In this document: piece by piece, positions 39,490 through 51,430 of the stretch
Position numbering within the stretch: the stretch's first letter is position 1
How the letters are laid out: each line of letters opens with the position of its first letter
Assembly (NCBI RefSeq): GCF_006345805.1
Contig: NC_043012.1
Coordinates: 41,416,001 to 41,480,000, forward strand
Direction of reading: 5' to 3'
From: Octopus sinensis
Lineage: Eukaryota
Length of the DNA stretch: 64,000 nt
Made by a program: the position numbers and the translations under genes
Notes under the pieces: model-generated
The model's database searches: none
What the model saw: only the letters and a program-made list of their open reading frames with translations
What the model was told of the DNA's origin: nothing

Positions 39490-39636
39490 AATATGTACAT
39501 ACATATATATATACATATTTATATATATATGTATATAATATAAATATATATATGTGTGTGTATATATGTATATATATAAATATATGGCGCGTGTGTCTGT
39601 GTGTGTCGTGTGTCTGTGTCTGTGTGTGCGTGCGCA

Positions 39637-39669
<33 letters not shown>

Positions 39670-39689
39670 CTCCGTGTTATGTTGTGTCT

Positions 39690-39880
39690 CGCCAGCATCA
39701 GTTGACAATCGGTGTTTGCCTACGTCCTCGTAATATTTGCATTTCATTAAAAGAAACGATGCATCGAGTACCAGACTTTAAAAAAACTAGTACTGATGTG
39801 TATCTGTTCGTTCATAACACTCCCTGATGGTGCTCCAGCATGGCTGGGGTTTCGTTGACTGAAACAAGTATAAAAGATAA
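39690..39880 (+). mobile_element. SINE family B 3' half
   Basis: gttgacaatcggtgttt...ggtgctccagcatggc...gactgaaacaagta. Confidence 0.75.
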
Positions 39881-40186
39881 AACACTTTAAATGTTTTTTT
39901 TCGTCATCAGCAATGTTGAGTTATGAAACCTGATTGGTTAAGCCTCTCACACCTCTCGCTCTGTCTATCTTCTCCTCCCTCCCCTTTTTTCTTTCGTCTT
40001 TTTACGATATTATTCCGCATGTAATCAACTCTTCACAGACACCCGGCTGTTCTATCTTTTACGCGTCTATAATTAATATAGCGACTTTTAGAAATCGATA
40101 CGATAATTATCAGGCAAAACCTAGGGTGATGTAATTAGATTTGCTACACCCCACCCCCAATATCCACAAAATAAAAATAATAATAA

Positions 40187-40255
40187 TGTTGTCTCTTGAG
40201 GTCTCTGGGTGAGACTTGGAGCCAACTTGTACAGACATAAGCAAAAGTCAAACAG
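40187..40255 (+). mobile_element. R4/Dong 3'-terminal remnant between (TAA)n tracts
   Basis: gttgtctcttgaggtctctgggtgagacttggagccaacttgtaca...gcaaaagtcaaacag is homologous to 25168-25237; (TAA)n on both sides. Confidence 0.85.
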
Positions 40256-40554
40256 AATAATAATAATATTAATAATAATAATATAATAATAATAATAAAA
40301 TATAATAATAATAATAATAATAATCAGATATAATAATCATATACTAATAATAATAATAATAATAAATTCAATATATTTCAGAATTAGATTTCGGATACGT
40401 GAATTCTATAGGGTACCTTACAAAATGCTTTGCAGTATTTGTTCACGGATCTCTACGTTTTTCGCTGAAATGCAGTAAAGATCAACTTTGGTCGATATTT
40501 TAGAGCTGTATTGTGGATCAGAAATTAGTGTCACCGAAGATATACAAATATCCA

Positions 40555-40654
40555 NNNNNNNNNNNNNNNNNNNNNNNNNNNNNNNNNNNNNNNNNNNNNN
40601 NNNNNNNNNNNNNNNNNNNNNNNNNNNNNNNNNNNNNNNNNNNNNNNNNNNNNN
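40555..40654. other. Assembly gap (run of about 100 N)
   Basis: Direct reading. Confidence 0.98.
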
Positions 40655-40897
40655 AAAGTGGCAGAAGAAAAAAGTGAATTAAAAGAAATAACGGAAGAAT
40701 GAGGTAGAGATAGAAAGGAAGAAGAAAATTATAGAAGAATGAAAGGAAAGTTGAACGAGAACGATAACAAAAAGAAAGAAAAAAATTACGGAAGGAAAAA
40801 AAATGAAGGAGAGAAAAGTCAAAAAAGAAAAAGGAAAAGAGAAGATAAACCACAAAAAGAATAAAAAAAGAAATGAAGGATAAATATAATATTATAA

Positions 40898-41245
40898 GAG
40901 TGACTGTGTGGTAAGAAGTTTGCTTCCTAACCACATGGTTCCGAGTTCAGTTCCCCTTCGTGGCACCTTGGGTGAGTGTCGGCCTTTTGTAACCTCGGGC
41001 CGGCAAAAAGTCACGTGAAGGGATTTGGTAGACGGAAACTGAAAGAAACTCGTGTTTTCCCACGCTAATCGATTGAAAACTGGTGTTAGTTTGTTTACAT
41101 CCTGTAACTTAGCTGTTCGGGAAAAGAAACCGATAGAATAAGCTGCGAGTTGTAAAGAAGAAAAATAAAACGTAATGTGATTGATTCGTTCGACTAAAAA
41201 CTCTTCTAGGCAGTGCCCCAGCATGGTCGCATTCTAATGAGTGAA
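40898..41245 (+). mobile_element. SINE family B
   Basis: gagtgactgtgtggtaagaag...gtggcaccttgggtgagtgtc...gcagtgccccagcatggtcgca. Confidence 0.88.
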
Positions 41246-41713
41246 AAAAGAGAAAAAGGATAAAAGTGAAGAAGAAAATGTTGAAGAAGAAAGACGGAAA
41301 GGAAAGAAAGAAGGAAGGAAGGAGGTTGGAAGGAAACAAAGAAGGAAGAGAAGGGAGAGAAGGAAGGAGGGACATGAAGAAAAACTAATAATTTGAAAGA
41401 ATGAAAAAGTTCGAGAAAAAATGAGGGCGAAAAAGTGAAAATAGAAAGTGTAAGAAAGCATAAAGAGAGAGAGAGAGAGAGAGCAGGGAGAGCAGGGAGA
41501 TGATGAGTGAGAGAGCGAGAGAGAGAGAGAGAGTATGTATGAGGTTGTGTGTGTGTGTGCATGCGCCGGCGCGAACGGAAGAATGAATACAAAACGCTGG
41601 AAGAAAACAGAAAATAAAAGTGTGATGTTAGCAAATGAGATAAAGACGAAGAAGAAGCAGGAGGAGGAGGAGGAGGAGGAGGGGGAGAGGAGGGGGAATG
41701 AAGGTAGACAGGT

Positions 41714-41745
<32 letters not shown>

Positions 41746-41879
41746 TTTCAAAGTGTGTGGGAAGGATTGAATTAAAAAAATGTTAGAAAGATGCTCACTA
41801 AAGGTATACACACACACACACGCACACACACACATTTATGTGCATACATCCACACATAAATACATGCATAGACAGACCG

Positions 41880-41940
41880 ACGGATAGACAGACAGATAGA
41901 TATACCTGCAGATAGGCAAGCAAACAGACTGAGAGGCAGC

Positions 41941-42018
<78 letters not shown>

Positions 42019-42021
42019 GAG

Positions 42022-42065
<44 letters not shown>

Positions 42066-42133
42066 GATAGATAGAATATAGATAGATAGATAGAGTGAAA
42101 GAGATAGATAGATAAATAGATAGATAGATAGAT

Positions 42134-42168
<35 letters not shown>

Positions 42169-42253
42169 ATATAGATAGATAGATAGATAGAAGATAGATA
42201 GATAGATAGATAGATGTAGATAGATAGAGATAGATAGATAGAGATAGAGATAA

Positions 42254-42313
<60 letters not shown>

Positions 42314-42334
42314 GTGAAAGAGATAGATAGATAA

Positions 42335-42374
<40 letters not shown>

Positions 42375-42404
42375 ATATAGATAGATAGATAGATAGATAG
42401 ATAT

Positions 42405-42449
<45 letters not shown>

Positions 42450-42500
42450 GTAGGTAGACAGAGTGAAAGAGAAAGAGAGAGATAGATACATAGATAGATA
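41880..42500. repeat. Compound (GATA)n satellite with internal higher-order duplication
   Basis: gatagagtgaaagagatagatagataaatag occurs twice, about 220 bp apart. Confidence 0.9.
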
Positions 42501-43999
42501 GATAGTTCAAGAGAAAATTAATTTTCACAAGTCGAGAGAGAAAGAGAGAGACAGGGGGAGAGAGAGAGGCGGAGACAGAGGTGGAGGAAGAGATAACAAT
42601 AAAAGTTAAAAGGAAAGCAAAGGAGAAGTCGTTGGCGTGGAAAGTGAAAAGGAATGTGAGAGGGAAATGAGTAAAAACTAGCAAAATGAAGAAAGGCAGG
42701 TTGGCAGCAGCAACAGGATGGTGGAAAAGGTAGATAAATACGAAGCGATGAAGAAACGAAGAGGATGATGGGAAACGATCGTCTGCTAACTGATTGTAAG
42801 TGTTAGAGTGAGGTGGTAGGAGGATGCAACTGACGTGTAAATGAGTAGGAGGTGGTCAAGAATGATGATAGGAATATGTCCTCTGGCGTGTGGTGTGTGT
42901 GTGTGTGGAAGCTTGTGTTTGTGCACCTATTGATGTATATGGTCTGCGTGTGTGTATGGCTATATATTAATGTGTGTGCGTGTGTGTGCGTGTGTGTGTG
43001 TGTGTGTATGTGTGTGTGTGTGTGTGATTCGTGTTTATTTTAGTGTATTTGTGAGTTCCGCTTGCTGTCTGTGTGCTCGCGTGTATGCTTGTGTGTGTGT
43101 GCGTTTATATGAGATTATGTATGTGTTGGTGTATGTGTTGTGTATATGTACGTATGTGTATATGCCTGTATGCATGTTCGTGTGTGAGTTTGCGTATGCG
43201 TGTGTCTGCATGTGAGGTTGTATGCATGTGTGTGTATATAATTATGTGCCTGTTCGTATGCGAGTTTCTGTGTGTGTGTGTGTGTGTGTGCATGAGTGTG
43301 GGTGCGTGTGTTTGTATCTGCGTGTTTGCATGTGCAATGAGAACGGTACAGAAGAATGAGAAAAAGGAGAAAACGTAGATGGCGGGAAAAAGCAAAGAGG
43401 AAAAGTAGGGAAAGAGACGTAGAGAGAGGGGGGGTTAGCTAAGGGAGGGGGGTTAATATAGAACATCATAATGGAGGGAAAGCGAAGAGGAGAGAGGGAA
43501 GAGAGAGAGAGAGAGGGGAATGAGAAATGTTGAGATAAAGAGGGGGTGAAAGTGCGAGGGAGTAAGAGTAAAAGTGGAGGGGGGGAGCATTTGAAAGCCG
43601 TAAGGGAGAGGGGGAGAGAGAGCGGAAGTAGTGCGGGGGGAAGGGGGTAAGAGAAGACATTCACACTTGAAAGTATGTTGGTACATGTGTGTGTATGCGT
43701 GTCTGTGGGTGTGTCTGTGTGTGTGTGTGTGGTTGCGTGAGTGTTTCGTGTGTGTATACAGGTGCGTGTGTATGTCTGTTTGCGTCTGTACATGCAATTG
43801 TGTGTGTGTGTGTGTGTGTGTGTGCGTCTGTGTGTTGTGTGCGTCTGTGTGTGGATGTGGGTGTTGATGTGTGCCTTTGTGTGTGTGTGGGTATGAGTAT
43901 GAGTGTGGGTGTGTGTGTGGGTGTGGGTGTGGTTCATTGGTTCGATGTAGAAGAAATAGTTTAGTTGGTCCCATGGTCTTCGCAATTATCCGACGATAA

Positions 44000-44950
44000 T
44001 GAGATTGAACCCGAGAATATTCCGCATTAACTATTTCATGTGGGCGACTAATGACGAATTATGTGGTATGGAGGGAACTGAGTGTAGAGGGTCACGGAGA
44101 TTGATGATAGCGAACACAAGTGAGTCGGGAGATGGGGTCCTGAATAAAGGTGGTGTGAAATCAGCAACAGCTTGCTAACAAAGGCCGTTGTAGTAGCGGT
44201 ATTAAACCGAGTGAGTGGACACAGCATGTCAGTGCATTTGTGAGTAACTTCGTGGTAATCGTCGAAGAAAGATTTTCTCTTGTTACATCAAGGAAGTCAA
44301 TGTTTAGCAACAACACCGTCCCAGATGTGGGGCCAGCGTCCTGAAGTGGCATGTAAAGAGTTAAGAATTCTTAGAAGTTTGTAATATTTTATGGTGCTAA
44401 GAGGAGAGACTGGTCTTTGAAGTGCTGATGATGCCATATTGATGTGGTGGAATGAAAGTAAGATCAGACACAGAAGAGTATGTGTTGTAGATGAGCGCAT
44501 GAAGGCCTTGTAGAACAAAACCAACCCCTGAGACATGCTAGAGTTCAATGGGTTTTGGTTAGGGAGAGATTCATCAGAATTCTTTGTTGCCGGGCGATTC
44601 TAACAAAAAGATTCCAATTCAGGAATTGGGAGACAAATAGAGTCTAAGAGTCCATAGTTCACCAATTTAGAAGGAAGATTCACTTCCTGGGTACCGTGAA
44701 AGGCCCTGATTTTGTAAAGTGCATCCAGTTTTCCTTTCAGTTCTCGATAGTGAGAACATGTTCAAGAATAACTTAACTGCTTTGGTCACCGGTACAAAGT
44801 GGCTTGAGTAAAGCCGTTCGCTGAGGAGGGTGAGGGCTTAAAGGTTTTAGAGCCGGGTTGTACTGAGTGGCTTTGTCCATCATTTTTGAGATTTCGGAAG
44901 GGAATAGCAAGTTTCTACATAGCAAGGTCAGTGTGGTTGCCCTTCTTGAG
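44000..44950 (-). mobile_element. Degraded CR1/Jockey-group LINE 3' region
   Basis: LVLFYKAFMRS and YRYYNGLC*QAVADFTPP remnants, typical of post-RT C-termini (LYKAxIR; LFYRYYxGxCS). Confidence 0.55.
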
Positions 44951-45015
44951 ATTAAGACAAAATCTAAAGCGCTTATGCATTACCAGTAACATGTAAAATA
45001 AGCGGTGTAGGGACA

Positions 45016-45177
45016 GGCGTGGTAAGATGTTTTCTTCCCTAATCTAAGGCTCCGGGTTCAGTCCCACTGCATGGAACCCAGATCAAGTGTCTCCTACTAT
45101 ATCCTCAGGCCGACCAAAACCTTGTGAATGAATTTGGTCAATGGAAATAGAAAGAAGCCCCCCCTCCCCATCGTATA

Positions 45178-45214
<37 letters not shown>

Positions 45215-45283
45215 TCGAGTAAAAATTTCGTTAAAGTTGTGCCCTAGCATGGCCGCAGTCTAATGACTGAAACAAGTAAAAGA
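45016..45283 (+). mobile_element. SINE family B (internally deleted)
   Basis: Head plus gggttcagtcccactg plus tail gtgccctagcatggccgcagtctaatgactgaaac. Confidence 0.85.
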
Positions 45284-45419
45284 TCAAACGTAGACGATAA
45301 AAGAACAACCAGTGTCTTCTGAGGGGGGGGGGACAGGCAGACATACAGAAAGACAGACAAACAGACAGACAAAGGTTGTTTGGGGAGGGCCACATTTGGA
45401 GCAGGTGGTTTGGGTGAGC

Positions 45420-45805
45420 CTGTGTGTGCGTGTGTGTGTGAGCGTGTGTGTGTGAGCGTGTGTGTGTGTTAGCGTGTGTGTGTGAACGTGTGTGTGTGAG
45501 CGTGTGTGTGTGTGCGTGTGTGTGTGAGCGTGTGTGTGTGAGCGTGTGTGTGTGAGCGTGTGTGTGTGTGCGTGTGTATGTGAGCGTGTGTATGTGTGCG
45601 TGTGTGTGTGTGCGTGTGTGTGTGAGCGTGTGTGTGAGCGTGTGTGTGTGAGCGTGTATGTGTGTGCGGGTGTGTGTGTGTGTGCGTGAGCGTGTGTGTG
45701 TGTGCGTGTGTGTGTGAGCGTGTATGTGTGAGCGTGTGTGTGTGTGCGTGTGTGTTTTGAGCGTGTGTGTGTGAGCGTGTGTGTGTGTGCGTGTGTGTTT
45801 TGAGC
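45420..45805. repeat. Compound (GT)n-GAGC/GC minisatellite-like tract
   Basis: Repeating gtgtgtgtgagc / gtgtgtgtgc units. Confidence 0.9.
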
Positions 45806-45854
45806 ATGTATAAAGGAAGTTACGTGTTTGTGTTTGCAGGTCAATATCAGTTTA

Positions 45855-46240
45855 GGCGTGGCTGTGGGGTAAGTAGCATGCTTCCCAGCCACATGGTTCT
45901 GGGTTCAGTCCCACTGCGTGGCACCTTGGCCGATCGTCTTCTACTATAGCATTGGGCCGACTAAAGCCTTGCGAATGCATTTGATAGACGGAAACTGAAA
46001 GAAGCCCGTTGTATAAATATGTACGTCTGTGTGTCTGTGTTTGTCCTCCACCCCAACATCGCTTGACAATCGACGTTGGTGTGTTTACGTCCCCGTAACT
46101 TAGCAGTTTGGAAAAAAGAGACCGATAGAATGAGTACTGGACTTACAAAGAATAAGTCCTGCTGTCGATTTGTTCGACTAAAAGGCGGTGCTCCAGCATG
46201 GCCACAGTCAAATGACTGAAACAAATAAAAGAATAAAAGA
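45855..46240 (+). mobile_element. SINE family B, full length
   Basis: Same architecture as the other B copies. Confidence 0.92.
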
Positions 46241-46937
46241 TTGTGTGCGCGCGCGCGTCTTTTGCAGACTGTTTATGCAAGTGTCTACAAGCGTGTGTAA
46301 ATCTGTGTGCTGTGCTTGTGTACGTGTGTGAGTATGTGTGTGTGTGTATGTGTGAATGTGTGTCTGTGTGTGTGATTTTGTGTGAGAATGTGTAGATGAT
46401 AGTGGATATGCATGTTTGTGTGTGCGTGTTGCGTATTAGTGTTCGTCTTGTGTATCTGCATGCGTTTGAGCGTATATATGTGTATGTGATTCTTTCTCTG
46501 TATGTCTGGTTGTGTGATATGACTGAGTAAGAGTGTGTATGTGTGAGAATATATGTGTATGCATGTACGAGTGTATGTGTCTGTGTGTGTGCTTGAGCAT
46601 CAGTACTTAAATGTCCAGAGACGAAAAGTGTAATTAACTACCACGCCCCCTCATATATTACACAAATAAATGAAGCGGTGTTACAGTTAATTGCAATTAG
46701 TTTGTAGTCTAAATGAAAATTATATATAATTGATTATATTAACCCAAGAAGTTCACAGGTACTTTATTTATAATGCCCGCTGAAAGGATGAGCGGCAAGT
46801 TTGACGCCAGCAGAATTTGAACTCGGATCTTAAAAAGTCGGGTCTAAAATGATTTCTATCAAATTAATAATGCGAGAAATTGCTTGAAAGGTGTTGCCTA
46901 ATTATATCTGACCTCATTAGTTGACTAGCACTTTGAA

Positions 46938-47165
46938 GGTGGGAAGCTGGCAGAATCGTTAGCACGCCGGGCGAAATGCGTAGCCGTATTTCGTCTGCCG
47001 TTCTGAGTTCAAATTACGCCGAGGTCGACTTTACCTTTCATCCTTTCGGGGTCGATAAATTATGTACCAGTTACGCACTGGGGTCGATGTAATCGACTTA
47101 GTCCGTTTGTCGGTCTTTGTTTGTCCTCTCTGTGTTTAGCCCCTTGTGGGTAGTAAAGAAATAGG
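46938..47165 (+). mobile_element. SINE family A, tail type 1
   Basis: Tail tttgtcctctctgtgtttagccccttgtgggtagtaaagaaatagg. Confidence 0.93.
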
Positions 47166-47169
47166 GGTT

Positions 47170-47422
47170 TCTTCTGCCGCTACCCTCTGGGTTCAACTTC
47201 GACAGGTGTCGATTTTGCCTTTCGACCTTTCGGGGGTCGATTAAATAAGTATCAGGTCTATTTTGCCTTTCGACCTTTCGGGGGTCGATTAAATAAGTAT
47301 CAGGTCGATTTTGTCTTTCGTCCTTTCGAGGTGGATTAAATAAGTACCAGTTACGTACTGGGGTCAATGTAATCGACTGATCTCAAATTTCAGGCCTTGT
47401 GCCTATACTAAAAAGGATTATT
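47170..47422 (+). mobile_element. SINE family A copy with a 48-bp internal triplication, tail type 2
   Basis: Units start at 47208, 47256 and 47304 (gtcgattttgcctttcgacctttcgggggtcgattaaataagtatcag). Confidence 0.88.
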
Positions 47423-48156
47423 TGACTGGTATTCTATTTTATCGAATCTCTGATCAGATGGAATGCAAAGTCGCCCCCCACCACCACCACCACTGGGATT
47501 TGAACTCAGAACTTGAAAAGCCGGATCTAAAATTATTACTAAAGAAAGCAATAAAGACAGAAATGTGTGATGAGGTGTTACTCATATCTTCCTCTGTCGA
47601 CCCTCGAATAGTTGGGACTTAAACTTGACAACGACGAAATTTGAACTTGGGACCTCGAGAATCGCTTCTAACATTATTTTCAACAAAGACATGACCAGAA
47701 ATTTGATGAGACTTGTTAACCAATTATATCAGATTCTATCATTTGCTTAGAAATTTATTTCATCGAATCCCGGAAAAATGAAAGGGAAAGGTGACTACGG
47801 GATTTGAACTCAGAATGTGACAGGTCGAATGAAATTAGCCGCGAAACATTCTGCCAGAGTCGCTACCGTTTCTGGCAGTTTTAATGCCATTAACCCTTCG
47901 TTCATTCCCCAAGAAGTAACAGATAGATTTCTTTGAAATCACATGAAATCATGATGTAAACGAAGGTCAAAGTGGACTATAAAGCGCTCGTTGGATCTGC
48001 CATGGATAGATTGCCTTTTATCATATATTTAATGAAGCAGAATTGAGTTGGAGCTAAGCAGTGATGGAAGCTAATTGTTGACTTGAAAGGAAGCAGATAT
48101 TAAAAATGCAAGGAAGCGTTTTTGAAGAACACACACACAGAGGTATATATGTATTT

Positions 48157-48191
<35 letters not shown>

Positions 48192-48294
48192 TATACATAC
48201 ATACACACATTCATATATATATGCATACATATACGAATGTAGGTATACTTATACATACAAACATACGTGTGTGTGTGTGATTACATGTCTTGTA

Positions 48295-48530
48295 TCATTT
48301 ATCATTTATATGTTTCAGCCATTGGACTGCTGCCATGCTGGAGCACCGCAGTGAAAATTTTTTAGTCGAATAAATGGACCCCAGTACGTGTTTTTTTTTT
48401 TAAGCGTGTTACCTATTCTATCGTCTCGCTTGCCGAACCGCTTAGTTATGGGAACGTAAACATACCTATAACTTCTGTCAAGCGGTGGCAATGAACGATC
48501 ACAGAAACAAAGGCACACACACACACAAAT
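48295..48530 (-). mobile_element. SINE family B 3' half
   Basis: gtttcagccattggactgctgccatgctggagcacc (reverse-strand tail). Confidence 0.8.
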
Positions 48531-48573
48531 ACACACGCACAAATGCATACATACATACATATATATATATATA

Positions 48574-48790
48574 CTCTCTTTACTCTTTTACTTGTTTCAG
48601 TCATTTGACTGCAGCCATGCTGGAGCACCGCCTTTAGTCGAGCAAATCGACCCCGGGACTTATTCTTTGTAAGCCCAGTACTTATTCTATTGGTCTCTTT
48701 TTGCCGAACCGCTAAGTGACTGGGACGTAAACACACCAGCATCGGTTGTCAAGCAATGCTAGGGGGACAAACACAGACACACAAACACAC
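48574..48790 (-). mobile_element. SINE family B 3' half
   Basis: ctcttttacttgtttcagtcatttgactgcagccatgctggagcaccgcc. Confidence 0.9.
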
Positions 48791-49226
48791 ACACACATAC
48801 ATATATATATACATGAAACGCCCACCACTGCTTATTCTGTACTTCGGCCTTGCCGAACTGTTGCGTTATGGTGACATAAACACACCGACACCGGGTGTGA
48901 AGCGGTGGCGGAGGGACAAACGCAGACACGAAGCATTCATTCACACACACGCTGAAATACAGACACACAGACAGCGACAGACATGCACATATGTATATGG
49001 AAAGATATAGAGAATGTGAGAGACGGGGAATGAGGGTGAAGATGAGAGGCAGGCGGAGGAAGCGAACGTGTCGAAAGAAACATAAATTCTTTTAAAAATC
49101 TAAAGATATAAAAAGAGAGAAAGAAATGGGAGCAGCTAAGCTATATGAAGAAGATAAAAGGAAGAACAGAGGACTAAAGTGATAGATAGATAGATAGATA
49201 CAGAGGGAGAGAGAGAGGACTAAAGT

Positions 49227-49289
<63 letters not shown>

Positions 49290-49533
49290 GCAGAGGGAGA
49301 GAGAGAGAGATGGAGAGAGAGAGAGAGGGAGAGAGAGAGAGGGAGAGAGAGGTCTATATTGACACACACACACACATACACACACACACACACACATTAT
49401 ATATATATATATATATAGATATATATATATATATTATATATATATATATATCATGAATATATCGATCACATTGTGTATATATATATATATATTAGAAAAA
49501 ATGAGGTAATCAGATCAGATGGTTCATATTTGT

Positions 49534-49596
<63 letters not shown>

Positions 49597-49916
49597 GTAT
49601 ATATAGATGTTTATATGTATTGAATATAATACTGGATGACGAGTATATAGGCCAAAGCATCAAAGTGACAGTCATCATATTCCCACTTGACCTTAATAAA
49701 CATGAACTCTGCAAAAGAGTTTGGTGTGATCCATCAATTTAATTTGGAATTATCTTTATATAGAACTCTACATGAAAACAAACATCTATATATACATTAA
49801 TATATATTTGCATGTGTGCAAATATATATATATATATATCTGCATACATACATGTGCATATAAACACACACACATATATGTGTGTATATATATACATACA
49901 TATATATAACATACAT

Positions 49917-49985
<69 letters not shown>

Positions 49986-49992
49986 TATATAT

Positions 49993-50397
49993 GGACGTGG
50001 CTGTGTGGTAAGGAGCTTGCTTCCCAACCATATGGTTCCGGGTTCAGTCCTATTGCGTGGCACCTTGGACAAGTGTCTGAAACTATACCAAAGCCTTTTG
50101 AGTAAATTCCTTAGACGGAAAGTGAAATAAGGGCCCTCGGATATATATTTATATATTTATATTTATGTGTATGTGTGTGTGTGTGTGTGTGTGTGTTTGC
50201 CCCCCCCCCCATAACCACATGACAACGAGTATTGGTGTGTTTAAGTCTCTGTAATTTAGTGGATCAGCAAAAGTGACCGATACAGTAAGTACTAGACTTT
50301 AAAAAAAATAATTACTGGGTTCGATTCATTCTATAAAAAATTTAATGCGGTGTCCCATCATGGCCGCAGTCAAATGACTGAAACAAGTAAAAGATAA
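49993..50397 (+). mobile_element. SINE family B
   Basis: ggacgtggctgtgtggtaagg head; gtggcaccttggacaagtgtc; tail catggccgcagtcaaatgactgaaacaagtaaaag. Confidence 0.9.
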
Positions 50398-50700
50398 ATG
50401 ACATGTAAAAAATTTTTTTTTAATAAAAGAAAATTAAAATAATATATATATATATAAAAAAAAAAATAAATAACCCTTTCTTCACACTTTAAAATATATA
50501 TATATTTTAATATACTTTCACTCATTTTCTTTCTTTTTTTTCCACCTTCCTTCTCTCCCCGTCTGTGTATATGTGTATGTGTGTGCACGTGTATGTATGT
50601 GTGTGTTCGTGTATGTATATATGTATGCGTATATATGCATGGACGTGAACTTTCACGAACTTTATATAGATAACTAATCTTTCCCCTCTTTCCCTACCTC

Positions 50701-51372
50701 TTTCAGATACTCCATCTTCTAATTAGCCTTAAGATTAAATAACGTTTAATACTGTTTATTGTTAATAATTTTTCAGATACTCTATCTTCTAATTAGCCTT
50801 AAGAATAAACAACGTTTATTACCCACACTTTAACATCTAATTTTTTACCCACACTCTAATATCTTTCTAATTAGCCTTTTTACCCACATTTTAAATATTT
50901 GTTAATATATTTTCAGATACTCTATCCTCTAATTAGCCTAAGATTAAATAACGTTTTTATCCACACTTTAACTTTTTCACCCAACACTTTAATATATTTT
51001 TGAATACTCTACCTTCTAATTAGCCTCAAGATTAAATAACGATTATTACCCACACTTTAATATAATTGTAATATTGTTAACATATTTTCAGATACTCTAT
51101 CCTCTAATTAGCCTTAAGATTAAATAACGTTTTTACTCACACTTTACTTTTTCACCCACACTTTAATATATTTTTGAATACTCTACCTTCTAATTAGCCC
51201 AAGATTAAATAACGATTATTACCCACACTTTAATATAATTGTAATATTGTTAACATATTTTCAGATACTCTATCTCCTAATTAGCCTAAGATTAAATAAC
51301 GTTTTTACCCACAAACTTTAATATTGTTAATATTAATAATACTCTATCCCATAATTAGCCTTAAGATTAAAT
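50701..51372 (+). repeat. Tandem array of about 9 monomers (62-88 bp; about 174-bp higher-order dimer) directly upstream of LINE ORF1
   Basis: Core ctaattagcc at 50719, 50789, 50867, 50929, 51016, 51104, 51190, 51277 and 51351 (variant). Confidence 0.92.
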
Positions 51373-51430
51373 ATCTTCTTGTCTTCTCTCGAACATAGTT
51401 AAAGAGAAACAAATAGACAGATCATCCAGC

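Noticed and set aside
40488-40934. ORFs spanning the N run
   Set aside because: Artefacts of the assembly gap.
50701-51372. CRISPR-like appearance of the monomer array
   Set aside because: Inter-core sequences are themselves repeated rather than unique spacers; eukaryotic context; no cas genes.
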